The notes beneath the pieces are model-generated. The model had not been told where the DNA came from. It did no database searches and was given only the letters and a program-made list of their open reading frames with translations. A stretch of 64,000 bases of DNA from Pseudomonas phage vB_PaePAO1-KEN19, in sequence record PP456878.1, one strand, 5' to 3'. Of the stretch, positions 33,754 through 48,981 are shown one piece after another (the first letter of the stretch is position 1; every line of letters starts with the position of its first letter). Made by a program: the position numbers and the translations under genes.

Positions 33754-34189
33754 TTAAGATCTTTCAAATACACCTTTCCAATTAGTAGGTCTTGGATAGG
33801 ACCTAGGTAGTGATTCAGAATGTATAATGAATCCCTCGATATCCCCTTCTTTTGTTTTAACAGCAACTATATCTTTGATAATACCTTTTATTTGTAATAA
33901 GCTATTCATAATCTCACGATAGAGTTGATCAAATCTATTTGCAATGATATTAGGATTTATTGGATAACCACAAATTGATTTATAGAAACTACACATTACA
34001 TCATTGTATCTATCTGGAACACATGTCCAAAAGAAATTATGTCGTTCTTTAATATAAAGAATGATCAAGTAGTTAAGATCATCTTCATCTTTTGCGGTAT
34101 AATTAAAGTATTGTTTTAATTCAGAAAAGAATTGTTGTGACCACCTCACATCAACTCGTATAAATAGTTGTTCCATAATACACCTAAAT

Positions 34190-34200
<11 letters not shown>
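33754..34200 (-). CDS. Hypothetical protein (148 aa). The likely true start is the ATG at 34176 rather than the GTG at 34200, which lies inside the terminator stem.
   Basis: ORF. MEQLFIRVDV begins at the internal ATG. Confidence 0.45.
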
Positions 34201-36166
<1,966 letters not shown>

Positions 36167-36170
36167 GGTA

Positions 36171-39226
<3,056 letters not shown>

Positions 39227-39254
39227 TTAAGATCATAAGATCATGGTCTAACAG

Positions 39255-39288
39255 CATAAAAGGGAGCCATGAAGGCTCCCCGTTATGT
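39255..39288. terminator. Terminator hairpin (GGGAGCC-atgaa-GGCTCCC) followed by GTTATG.
   Basis: GC stem after the stop of 39292..41742. Confidence 0.6.
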
Positions 39289-39291
39289 TTG

Positions 39292-41742
39292 TTACTTAAT
39301 GGCACGATTCACAGCAGTGTTAATTGCATTGGTAAGAGCTACAATGTAATCAACTAGAACGGTGTGGTTTTCAGCCGATTGGCCAACAACTTCCCATACT
39401 GCACTAGCTAGTTGCCGGACTTTCTTTTTACCGGCTTTACTATCCATGCTAGCCACTTTAGAGATATCACGGTTAGCTTGGTCAAGACGACGTACACCGC
39501 GGTTACCGCTAACTTTTAGAGAGGCATTACCAAGACCAATTAGAACTTTAGAAAGTTTCATTAGTTCAGTAACGTCCTTACGGCTAACTTTAGCAGTAGC
39601 AGTACCGGTAGCACCCCATTCACCAGTTGGAAGTGCAATAGCAGCTAATCGTTCAATATCTTTACTAGTGCGACCAGTTACATCACGGCCAGACTTCTCG
39701 AAGGTAAAACTACCTTCTAGTTTTCCACTGATAAATGAACTCTCAGGATATTTCTTAACAGGTACTTCTAATTTAGTTGCTTCTTCTAGAGCCTTATCAA
39801 TAGCTTCTTCACTATCAGCTTCAATAGCAGTTGATAGGTGACCAACTAAACGTTCGATGTATTCACCATCGATTTTGAAGCATTTGTTAATAATATCGCT
39901 AATACGACGAACTTCTCCAGCAACACCGCGTACTAGATTATCATCACCTTTTAGAATACCATTAATTTTGATTTCTTTATTTTCAAAATTATCAGTATCT
40001 TTAAGCTTAACTAGAAGTTGGTCAGCTTTAGTATTAGCTGCGGCTAGTTCTTTTTGGTTAGCTTTAACATGGATGGATGCATTTGCACCTTCAGCAATGT
40101 TGTCGATAATATTTCGAACAAACTTACCAATAGTGCTATTAAATGATTCTAGCGAAGTAACCATCGCCTTATAGTAATCTTCTAGATTACCATAACCATA
40201 ATCTTCCATTGCTGGAACACCAGGTGAATAGACATCAAAGGCGTTATGCAGGCGTTCTAAACAGCTATTAGCATGTACGATGAACTGAGGACTATATTGC
40301 TTATGTTCTAGGCCATAATGTAGAATCTCAAGCATGGATTCATTTGATGCCTGCTCTTCAAGTAATTGACCAATGGTTTTCTTACCATCTTCAATGTCAT
40401 CTTCAAGCTTATCGGCTTCTTCAACTGCCTCATCAGCAGTCTCGTCAGCTTCTTCAACATCATCTTCAGTTACTTCTACGTCAACATCCGGGATGTCAAT
40501 TTCACCTTCAGCTAACTTTTCTTCGATGTCATCTTCTGAAACGTCATCATCTGTTTCTGCAACAATTGTTTCACTGTCGTCTTCAACAGCACCTTCTTCA
40601 ATTGTTGGTTCGGAAATAGTAGATGCCGTTTCGGTTTCAGCAACTGTTTCTTCAGTTTCAGCTTCATTGATTAATACATCAGTAGAATCACTGTCATCAT
40701 TAGTTAATTCTTCTTCAGCTTCATCCCGAACTTCTTCCAATTCGCTTAAGCCTTCTTCAGCTACTTCTGCTGTTTCGGCAGCTTCTTCTACAATTGGATC
40801 AGTTACAGCTACTTCTTCATCAACTGCTACGATTTCATCTGGTTCAGCTTCAGCAGGAACACTTTCAGATTCCGCCTCTACTACTTCAGCTACTTCACTA
40901 TCAGTTGTATCCGGCGTATCTTCTACGGTTTCAACAACTTCTGTTTCAGCATCAGCTACAGCTGGTTCAGTAATTTCGACTTCTTCTGTTTCAGTGATCT
41001 CTGTCTCAGGTTCATCATTGGAACTTTCATCAGCAGTTGTTTGCTCAGCACCGGCTTCTTCAGGAGTTACATCGTCATCAATACCAGGGACTGCTTCACT
41101 TACAACTTCACCAGCATCTAACACTTCATCTGGTAGTGTATCCATGGTTGATGAAACAGGTTCATCACCAGCTGGAAGTTCCTCAGATAGTGGTGCAGGC
41201 GGTGGAGTTTCGTCACCAAGTGGGGTTTCTTCAGTGGGGGTTAATTCCACTGCTGTTTCACCAGGTGCTTCTGCAACAGGTACTAGTTCAGTATCATCAG
41301 CCGCATCTTGTGCAGCTTCAATAATTTCAGTGGTTGAATCTAAAACCTCTTTACCGCCTTCAGAAATTGTACCGATTTCTTCAGCGATTTCAGCTTCAGC
41401 AACTTTAACTGCTTCTTCGCCTTCTTCGACACTAGTGGTAGCTAGCGGTTCAGGAATACTTTCCTCAACAACAGTTTCTTCTGGTACAACTTCTTCAACA
41501 ATTACTGCTGACTTATCAGCAGCATGTGCTGTTTCTTCATGTTCTTCAGCAGAGATAATATCAGTATCTGTTTTAACAGTTTCATTCTCAATAGTTGCAG
41601 ATGCATCATTATCTTTCTTTAAATCTTGAACTAGTTCATGATCATCTTTAACAGATGTCTCGACTTTGGATACATCCTGTTCCACAGCCGTACCATCTTG
41701 GTTCTCAAGGCTGGCTACATATTTGTGAATATTTACCATCAT
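39292..41742 (-). CDS. Virion-interior-like protein (816 aa) with a low-complexity acidic region of about 350 aa (E/T/V/D/A-rich) and a structured C-terminal domain. Resembles inner-body or head proteins of jumbo phages.
   Basis: Residues ~60-420 are runs of E, D, T, V and A. The N-terminus (…LENQDG…) resembles those of the neighbouring paralog family. Confidence 0.5.
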   Translation of the reverse strand: MMVNIHKYVASLENQDGTAVEQDVSKVETSVKDDHELVQDLKKDNDASATIENETVKTDTDIISAEEHEETAHAADKSAVIVEEVVPEETVVEESIPEPLATTSVEEGEEAVKVAEAEIAEEIGTISEGGKEVLDSTTEIIEAAQDAADDTELVPVAEAPGETAVELTPTEETPLGDETPPPAPLSEELPAGDEPVSSTMDTLPDEVLDAGEVVSEAVPGIDDDVTPEEAGAEQTTADESSNDEPETEITETEEVEITEPAVADAETEVVETVEDTPDTTDSEVAEVVEAESESVPAEAEPDEIVAVDEEVAVTDPIVEEAAETAEVAEEGLSELEEVRDEAEEELTNDDSDSTDVLINEAETEETVAETETASTISEPTIEEGAVEDDSETIVAETDDDVSEDDIEEKLAEGEIDIPDVDVEVTEDDVEEADETADEAVEEADKLEDDIEDGKKTIGQLLEEQASNESMLEILHYGLEHKQYSPQFIVHANSCLERLHNAFDVYSPGVPAMEDYGYGNLEDYYKAMVTSLESFNSTIGKFVRNIIDNIAEGANASIHVKANQKELAAANTKADQLLVKLKDTDNFENKEIKINGILKGDDNLVRGVAGEVRRISDIINKCFKIDGEYIERLVGHLSTAIEADSEEAIDKALEEATKLEVPVKKYPESSFISGKLEGSFTFEKSGRDVTGRTSKDIERLAAIALPTGEWGATGTATAKVSRKDVTELMKLSKVLIGLGNASLKVSGNRGVRRLDQANRDISKVASMDSKAGKKKVRQLASAVWEVVGQSAENHTVLVDYIVALTNAINTAVNRAIK

Positions 41743-41841
41743 GTTAATATACCTTCTGTACAGAGTTTATGAGTTATGCTATTCGTCTTAGTCATAACTC
41801 CAAGCGACGAACGTTAACATTCAAAATATTGCGCTGGAATC

Positions 41842-42957
41842 TTACTTTAGATTTTCATCGCATACATTGAGTATGGCAGTCAAATTACGACATGTTAATT
41901 TAAATAGGTCGTGATAAGGAATAGCCAACCAATCAACATATGTTTCTACCAATGAAACAAGTTCTTGTATTTCTCTATCAGGTCGCCCTTCATTACGAGC
42001 ACGTGTTAGTTCATCTCTAAACCTGATTAATGCACCTTTAAGAGTCCTTAACCGTTCATTTCGACGAGTACGCATTGATGCAGCATTTGCACGATTGATC
42101 TTATCAACTACCTTAACAACTCGATCAATAATACTTTCAGTAACTTGATGGTTGAAATGTTCAAATTCTATTTCGACTGGTAGTGGTCTAGGGGTTTCTT
42201 CAGATGGAACTAACCGTGAAGAAATATCCCTACACTGATCATAAGCACTTGCATTCTTATCGGGATTATAGTTAATTACAATTTGATGATTACCTAGCAA
42301 ATGCAATGATACAAATCGATTACCTTGATCGCGATAAACAGATGGTGTGGTTATTTTAGTTGGGGCACTATTTAATAGTAGTTCTGCTAAAGCATCTGGA
42401 CTAGCATTTGGATTCATATACGAAGGTATGATATTAGCTGGCCTTAGAATCACATTGTCTAATCCATTGATATACCCATCAACTACTGTCTCCAATACGC
42501 GTAAGTGAGATAACAAATTAGCACTATTGGTAATAGGTTTATATCTAACACTTAAGTTCTGAATACGAGTTGTAATTAGAAATGTAGGATTCTTATTTTT
42601 ACGAGTTCTAGCACGACTGTTAACTCGTAAGTTTTCTGCTCGAATTGCAACATATTCAGCAGTAGCTGCTAGCACTACTCCACTATCCATCAGTTTCTCA
42701 ATAGTGGTAACAAATAGTTTTATAACTCGATCAATAACATGTTTAATAGTATCACTAATATCTTCAGTAGATACAACATCCTCTAATTCTTTGATAACCC
42801 CTTGGATCTGATTATAATCTTCCATACCGCCTAATAGATCCATCACTCGCCTAGCTAACGCTTCATCGCCTGATAATAAATCTGCAAGTCTTTTAGGTTC
42901 ATCAAGATCAATAATCATTTCATCTGGAGTATCTTTATAAATATCAATTAATTCCAT
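41842..42957 (-). CDS. Hypothetical head-associated protein (371 aa).
   Basis: ORF. Confidence 0.45.
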   Translation of the reverse strand: MELIDIYKDTPDEMIIDLDEPKRLADLLSGDEALARRVMDLLGGMEDYNQIQGVIKELEDVVSTEDISDTIKHVIDRVIKLFVTTIEKLMDSGVVLAATAEYVAIRAENLRVNSRARTRKNKNPTFLITTRIQNLSVRYKPITNSANLLSHLRVLETVVDGYINGLDNVILRPANIIPSYMNPNASPDALAELLLNSAPTKITTPSVYRDQGNRFVSLHLLGNHQIVINYNPDKNASAYDQCRDISSRLVPSEETPRPLPVEIEFEHFNHQVTESIIDRVVKVVDKINRANAASMRTRRNERLRTLKGALIRFRDELTRARNEGRPDREIQELVSLVETYVDWLAIPYHDLFKLTCRNLTAILNVCDENLK

Positions 42958-42975
42958 TGCTAACTCCTAACATAA

Positions 42976-42999
42976 GACGGGACTCTTCCGAGCCCCGTC
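42976..42999 (-). terminator. Terminator hairpin (GACGGGaCTC-ttcc-GAGCCCCGTC).
   Basis: 10-bp stem with one mismatch, after 43019..44662. Confidence 0.5.
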
Positions 43000-43018
43000 G
43001 ATATGTCGTCACTTATCA

Positions 43019-44662
43019 TTATTCTGCTTGGAATTTAGTGTTAATTACACTATTATAAAGTCCAGTTGCAGTATTTGCGTAACGCATTGCTTCACGAATA
43101 ATGGAGTCATGTTTAGGTGCACTATCTGTAATAATAGATGCTACCTTACGTGATACTTCTTCGATCTGTTCTTTAGAAACATCGTCGATTTTATCACTCT
43201 CTAGTTTCCGTGAAAGTTGATCAACATCATCTTCAAGTTGCTTAATGGCTTTAACAATATTCCGACCGCCAGTGATAACATCAGCTGCATCATCAACCAG
43301 ATTACGTAGAGCTACCGCTTCTTTCTTAGCTTGACTCTTATCAAAGTTCTTTAAAGTCACTTCAGTGCCAGGTTCTGCGGCTGTCTCATCATCCGTTAGA
43401 TATACTTGAGTAGCAGTCGTAGTTACAAGCTTATTACCCGGTAAAGTGTTAGATGTACTAGCGTAGTGTTTGAGAGGTCCATCTTGAAGTTTGTCCATCT
43501 TCTCAACTAGTTCACTAGCATCATTACGCTCTGGATCCCAAGCTTTAAGCACAGTACCAATATTCGTTAGGTAGGTAGCATAGTCTTTTGCATATACAGA
43601 TGCTATCCATTTAACGATAGGGCCATATCCAACGTTAGCTGAAGGCTGAATGAATTTACCATTAGCAAATACGGGTCCACCATTTTTAACAGGAACCGTT
43701 AATTCACTGGGTATATTTTCAAACTTAGCATTTTGGATAGCTAAAATGAGTTCATCAACTTTTACACTCACACGCGGTACACTATTCTTAAGACTATCCC
43801 ATACGTGGCTAATAATTTCACGTAGTTTAGCAATAGCTTTCTTGATATAAGCAAGCGCCTTACGACTTAACTCTTTAATATCCTCAGTTGAAATCTTAAC
43901 TGGATATAAATGACTTTTACCACCAGTCGTATAGTTTTCTAATGAGCTAGTTAAAGTATTATCACCAAGTACATGACGATGTGGTAAGAGTGCAGAATGA
44001 ATAAATGCAGCTGTACTTTGACTGATACCATTAATACCAGCTTGTCGAACAAGAGCTTTAATCGACTCTAGGGCATATGCGGTATTTAGACCTTGATTAA
44101 TATCTTGCACTGCTGTAGTAACTACTTGTGCATTACCAATGTCCATGAAATCAGTAGGTTTATCCATATCCACTGCAACAGCGATCTGTGGCACCACGCC
44201 ATTATGCGCTAGTGGAATAGAACTATCTTTGGCAGCCTGATCAGCGATTTGCTGAGTTACTGTTTCACCACCTTGTGGTTCCTCTCCTTCGGCACCTGCT
44301 GGAATAACTGTTTCAACAGCAATATTAGGTTGTTCAGGAATAGGGGGTACTTCTGTTACTACATCTGTTTCAACTACGGTAACTGGTACAGCTGGTTGTT
44401 CAACTAGAGTAGCAGCTGGAGTCTCAACAATAACGCCATTATTAGGAGTATTAACAATAGTGGTATCTGCATCCACTGGTGCAGTTGGTGTTACACCAAC
44501 ATTATTGTCAGTCACATCTTGAATAGTATTTTCAGGTACAGCGTCTTCAGAAATACAATCGCCACTAGTCATGGCTGCTACTTTATCAACTGCTGTTTCA
44601 GGAATAGGTACCTCAGTATAGTCTTCTAGACTATCTAGATACTCATTGAGTTTAAATGTCAT
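43019..44662 (-). CDS. Paralogous head-interior-like protein, family member 1 (547 aa).
   Basis: Shares with the next two genes the N-terminus M..L.E.LDSLE… and the core motif G(I/D)(S/T)(K/R)Q(S/A)AAF(I/M)H. Confidence 0.5.
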   Translation of the reverse strand: MTFKLNEYLDSLEDYTEVPIPETAVDKVAAMTSGDCISEDAVPENTIQDVTDNNVGVTPTAPVDADTTIVNTPNNGVIVETPAATLVEQPAVPVTVVETDVVTEVPPIPEQPNIAVETVIPAGAEGEEPQGGETVTQQIADQAAKDSSIPLAHNGVVPQIAVAVDMDKPTDFMDIGNAQVVTTAVQDINQGLNTAYALESIKALVRQAGINGISQSTAAFIHSALLPHRHVLGDNTLTSSLENYTTGGKSHLYPVKISTEDIKELSRKALAYIKKAIAKLREIISHVWDSLKNSVPRVSVKVDELILAIQNAKFENIPSELTVPVKNGGPVFANGKFIQPSANVGYGPIVKWIASVYAKDYATYLTNIGTVLKAWDPERNDASELVEKMDKLQDGPLKHYASTSNTLPGNKLVTTTATQVYLTDDETAAEPGTEVTLKNFDKSQAKKEAVALRNLVDDAADVITGGRNIVKAIKQLEDDVDQLSRKLESDKIDDVSKEQIEEVSRKVASIITDSAPKHDSIIREAMRYANTATGLYNSVINTKFQAE

Positions 44663-44749
44663 GTTATTTCCTCAAGGAATTTCTTTGCGCGCGTTTAACA
44701 ATAAACCATAGAATTAGGTACTTAGATAAAAATGAACACTTAGATATAT

Positions 44750-46267
44750 TTATTGGCCATATCTTTCTAATTCCATATTACAAACAGCATTTCGTTGCTT
44801 TGCAATACGTAATAGGTAACTAATTAGTGTTGCGTATTCTGGTGACATATCGGTAATAAAGCCATTAACTAAAGATATAATCTCATTTGCATCATCACGA
44901 GCACCTTTCCAAATAGCTTTAGACCTACGTAGCTCCATGTCCTCAATGCCCTGTGCAACCTTCTTCAGTTGTTCAAGGACATCTTTTTCAGCTTTAAATA
45001 GATCACCTAAACGACGAATAGCTTCTTTATTAACTTCTAATGTTTTACGCACTTCAACAGGCGGCCTTGGCTCGATCGTGATTGTATCTGGACCATCACC
45101 ATGTTTATCTTCACCAAGTCGTGGAGCATATTTATCTTTCTGGAATATAAGTTTACTATTACCAGGTAGAGAAGTATCTTTTACTTTATCTAACTGATTA
45201 GCTTCACCAATAAATTCAAAAGCCTCTTTAAACTTATCTAGTTCATTATCTTCTAAGTCGTAGTCTTTAATTAATTTAACTACTTTATCAATGTTTGATC
45301 TAGCTATATTTGGCCATTCTTTAGCTAGAAATTGACTAACTTTTGTTTCATTAGTTAAATCGTCTAAAACAAATTCATCACCAATGAATAACATTTTAGG
45401 ATTGTCAATTTTAATTGACATATCAAAATCAGGTGTTACCCTTTCATTTGATACAGTTGGCTTATTGATTAAACTTTTCGCTTTTTCAATTAACTCATCA
45501 GTTTTATCTTCAACTGATTTGATTCCAGTTAGTACACGCTGTGCCGCTACTTTAGCTTGTTCAATAACATGGACTATTAAAGCAAGTATCTTTTTACCTA
45601 TACTTTCAATACGTTCTTTTATTTCTTCTTGAGAAATATTTACAAAACGCATAGCGCTGCTAGGGGTTGCATTAAAATCTTCAATACTAATCTTTTCAAA
45701 GCCGATAAGCTTATCAATTGATTCTAATGTAACGTGCATAAAAGCAGCTGATTGTTTAGTAATACCTCTATCACCAGCGGTATTTAATAAATCTATAAAA
45801 CATTCTAAACTAGTACGCGCATGCAGTAATTGATTTAGCTGATATGTCATGTTTTGAGATGGAGGTGCATCATACGCAAAGATATTTAAATGATCATCAT
45901 CACTATCTAAATCTTTACCATCCACTGGTGTAGGTCTATTATCAGGACTTTCTCGGGTATCATGGGGTGATGCTGGATATTCTTCTGATGCGACGTATGT
46001 TTTACCAAATGAATCAACTTCAGTAACTAAACCACGATCTGATTTCCAATGGATATTAGGTTTATGTGCTTCTTCAACATCTAACCCATTATTAGTTGCT
46101 TTTACATCATTTGGTAATTCATCAATTAATTTGGCAGCTTCTTCTGGTTCTTTAGATATTTGCTTGTCGTCTGTAGCAGCGTGCTTTAGTTTGGCTTTCG
46201 CGACTTTTTCTTTTACTTCGACAACACCATAACCTTCTAAACTATCAAGTAACTTATTTAAGTTCAT
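44750..46267 (-). CDS. Paralogous head-interior-like protein, family member 2 (505 aa).
   Basis: …GDRGITKQSAAFMHVTLESIDKLIGFEK… aligns with members 1 and 3. Confidence 0.5.
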   Translation of the reverse strand: MNLNKLLDSLEGYGVVEVKEKVAKAKLKHAATDDKQISKEPEEAAKLIDELPNDVKATNNGLDVEEAHKPNIHWKSDRGLVTEVDSFGKTYVASEEYPASPHDTRESPDNRPTPVDGKDLDSDDDHLNIFAYDAPPSQNMTYQLNQLLHARTSLECFIDLLNTAGDRGITKQSAAFMHVTLESIDKLIGFEKISIEDFNATPSSAMRFVNISQEEIKERIESIGKKILALIVHVIEQAKVAAQRVLTGIKSVEDKTDELIEKAKSLINKPTVSNERVTPDFDMSIKIDNPKMLFIGDEFVLDDLTNETKVSQFLAKEWPNIARSNIDKVVKLIKDYDLEDNELDKFKEAFEFIGEANQLDKVKDTSLPGNSKLIFQKDKYAPRLGEDKHGDGPDTITIEPRPPVEVRKTLEVNKEAIRRLGDLFKAEKDVLEQLKKVAQGIEDMELRRSKAIWKGARDDANEIISLVNGFITDMSPEYATLISYLLRIAKQRNAVCNMELERYGQ

Positions 46268-46300
46268 TTACAATTCCTCAAGAATACTTAATTACATAGC

Positions 46301-46332
46301 ATAAGAGGAACCCCGAAGGGTTCCTCATTATG
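46301..46332. terminator. Terminator hairpin (GAGGAACCC-cgaa-GGGTTCCTC) followed by ATTATG.
   Basis: 9-bp stem. Confidence 0.6.
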
Positions 46333-46336
46333 TTTG

Positions 46337-47644
46337 TTACTTCTCATCATTCTCAGATGCTTTAGAAGTTTCTTTGCCATATGCAGCTAGTTCATATTTA
46401 ACAATAAATGTATATTGCGCAGCGATACATTTAGCAATATAGTTAACTAGTGCACTATTGTCAATGCCACCAATATTCAGTGCATCACGCGCTGTTTCTT
46501 TTGACATACCTGCTTCGTCAGGATTCCAATCAGCTAGGGCCTTTTCAAGATTCTCAGCAATCTTGTAATCAATCTTATTAAAGTCCTGTAGTTTAATAAC
46601 AAGACCTTTAAGAATATTAAGATGTGCTAAGATTTTACTCGGTGCACGGACATCAACTTCAACTTCATGTAGATCCGTTTCCCCATCACCCTCAACAACT
46701 TCCCACTTATTCACACCCGACTTAGAAGAAGTAACTTCTAACTTAACATTACCAGGAGCTTTCTCAACGGCTTTATTAATATCTTCAGCCATCTTAGCTT
46801 GTAAATCACTGGTGACTTGATCAATATCAATAGACTTGTCACCTTTGAGATAACGTACTCCAAGTTCGCCATATTTCCTAAGAGCAGATACATACTGAGT
46901 TGAGAATACAGTCATGAAGTCTGCAATAGTCTTCGGATTATTTGCAATAAAGCCACTACTAGATACCATATACTCAGAAGGAGTGAACTTAATTTCTTCT
47001 TTCTTTAGATCACCGGCTTTGAGTGATTTAATAGCATCAATAGTTTTAGTAATACGCATATCGAGTGCAATCAGCTTAGGATTAAAATCTTTAATCTTCT
47101 GCTTTATCATTGCAACAATCTTCTTGATAATCTCTAAAGCTTTCTTACCTGCTTCTTTTAGTTTCTCTTTGAGATCCTCAAGAGAGATAACTGCTGCTTT
47201 CTGAATAGCGCTGCGTGGAGAAGCATCGTAATTCTCAAGCGCGGCAGTGAGTCCAGATTTTTCAATACCTAGGATACGATCAATTGATTCCATGCCAACA
47301 TGCATGAAGGCAGCTGCTTGACGAGAGATACCATCTTCACCAGCTTGAAGTAAAAGACCTTGGAACTTTTCAAGTGCTTCTTTAGCATCTTCAATTAGGC
47401 CTAATTCATCTTCAGCTTGAACAATAGTCACTTCAGTATCTAATGCAGTGGGTTGAACAGCATCATCTGCATCAAGAACTTCTTCTACGGGATTATTCTC
47501 AATCTGATCTACTTCTGCTAAAACGGATGATACATCAGCAGAAGTTTCATTTTCAACGACTAATTCAACATCACCATGAATCGTAGTGCCTTGATCTTCA
47601 ATTGATTCAAGTGATAGTTTGTCTAGCATTTTAAGTAGAGACAT
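46337..47644 (-). CDS. Paralogous head-interior-like protein, family member 3 (435 aa).
   Basis: …GEDGISRQAAAFMHVGMESIDRILGIEK…. Confidence 0.5.
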   Translation of the reverse strand: MSLLKMLDKLSLESIEDQGTTIHGDVELVVENETSADVSSVLAEVDQIENNPVEEVLDADDAVQPTALDTEVTIVQAEDELGLIEDAKEALEKFQGLLLQAGEDGISRQAAAFMHVGMESIDRILGIEKSGLTAALENYDASPRSAIQKAAVISLEDLKEKLKEAGKKALEIIKKIVAMIKQKIKDFNPKLIALDMRITKTIDAIKSLKAGDLKKEEIKFTPSEYMVSSSGFIANNPKTIADFMTVFSTQYVSALRKYGELGVRYLKGDKSIDIDQVTSDLQAKMAEDINKAVEKAPGNVKLEVTSSKSGVNKWEVVEGDGETDLHEVEVDVRAPSKILAHLNILKGLVIKLQDFNKIDYKIAENLEKALADWNPDEAGMSKETARDALNIGGIDNSALVNYIAKCIAAQYTFIVKYELAAYGKETSKASENDEK

Positions 47645-47649
47645 GTTAA

Positions 47650-48972
47650 TTACCTTACCTGGGAGGGATTATTTACTTGTTCTTGCGTAGGTCTTTGAAT
47701 TGGACGCTGGTAAGCTTTTAATTCTAACTCGGTCACGAATACTAGTCGACCCATTACTCTGACTAAACCAGCAAGAGCATTACTAAAATCTGTTACAACG
47801 CGACTTACATTATTGATCATTAATGTAATTGAATTAATGATATTTGAGATAGCAGGGATGCCATCAGGTGCATCCGGATCTTGAACTTTTGCTTGACGAT
47901 TTCGCATATTAGATTGTTGTGCCCGAATCCTACCAGCTTGTTGACGATTAGTCTCGGCTAACTGCATTAACCTACCAAATTCAAAATCTAGTTTAGTTGC
48001 ATAATCTTTTCTAGCATCTATACGTTTAGCCATTTCGCTTAATAATACTAACCGTCTTCCAATTGAACTCGTATCATTAACCTTAAAGGTATTGTTACCT
48101 TCAGGTGCATCCTTCATAGTAGGAATAGTATAAAACTTAAAGGCAAAATCACGGACAGTATTTACTAAAAAATCCCAATCCCTGATCTCTTCAGTCTGTG
48201 TTTCAGTTGGCCCTGCGCCAAATAAAGTCTTATTACCTTGAACTGGCATACTACGATAAACTGTAGAACTTACTCTAAATCTATCATCTTTCTTAATAGG
48301 TACTGCACCCTTCATCCAGTTCTTAACATTAAACTTACTAAAGTCTTGTGCAGCTCTATCAGTCCATTTTTCATCAAATGATAATTTCCTAAGGATATCC
48401 GCTACAGATTGGATATACAAGAGTAGGGATTTATCATAGAAAGCTATCAAGTTGTTAACTTGCATGAGTATCGGATCAACTGTAGTCGGTTCGAATTTAC
48501 CATCAATACTAAATCGTTTAGTATTTTTAAATTTTAATTCTTGCTTAAATGGCTCATGCTTAATATTTTCAGCTCTTTCTAAAAGCATGTTTATTCGTTC
48601 AAGAGTACGTTGATTACCTTGTGTAATAACACGTGCATACTCTTTTAACTCATCTCGATGCTTTGCTTGGGATTTTTTCATTTCATCCCAGGTATTTCGT
48701 GCTGTCTTAGATAGGTCTTCTAATGACACATTCTCAGTTTTTAGAATGTGTTCACTAACAACATCTTGGTTATCTGCATATTTTTGAAATAAGCCATCGG
48801 TATAGGTTTTAACTAAAATGTCTTTTTCAGTGCATTCTAATCTACTTTGAATATCTTCAATTGATGGCAATAATTCTTTTAGATATCCATCGCATGTAGC
48901 GATCATATCGACGGGGCTGTCCCCGTCGATTGATTCAAGTAAGACCGAATGACTAAGTGAATTATTAGTCAT
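47650..48972 (-). CDS. Hypothetical head-associated protein (440 aa).
   Basis: ORF. Confidence 0.45.
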   Translation of the reverse strand: MTNNSLSHSVLLESIDGDSPVDMIATCDGYLKELLPSIEDIQSRLECTEKDILVKTYTDGLFQKYADNQDVVSEHILKTENVSLEDLSKTARNTWDEMKKSQAKHRDELKEYARVITQGNQRTLERINMLLERAENIKHEPFKQELKFKNTKRFSIDGKFEPTTVDPILMQVNNLIAFYDKSLLLYIQSVADILRKLSFDEKWTDRAAQDFSKFNVKNWMKGAVPIKKDDRFRVSSTVYRSMPVQGNKTLFGAGPTETQTEEIRDWDFLVNTVRDFAFKFYTIPTMKDAPEGNNTFKVNDTSSIGRRLVLLSEMAKRIDARKDYATKLDFEFGRLMQLAETNRQQAGRIRAQQSNMRNRQAKVQDPDAPDGIPAISNIINSITLMINNVSRVVTDFSNALAGLVRVMGRLVFVTELELKAYQRPIQRPTQEQVNNPSQVR

Positions 48973-48981
48973 AGATAGTCC

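Noticed and set aside
40373-41629. 418-aa Ser/Thr-rich plus-strand ORF
   Set aside because: It is exactly antisense to the E/D/T/V-rich low-complexity region of 39292..41742. The strong codon bias of the acidic tract keeps the opposite strand open, and the ORF has no independent signals.
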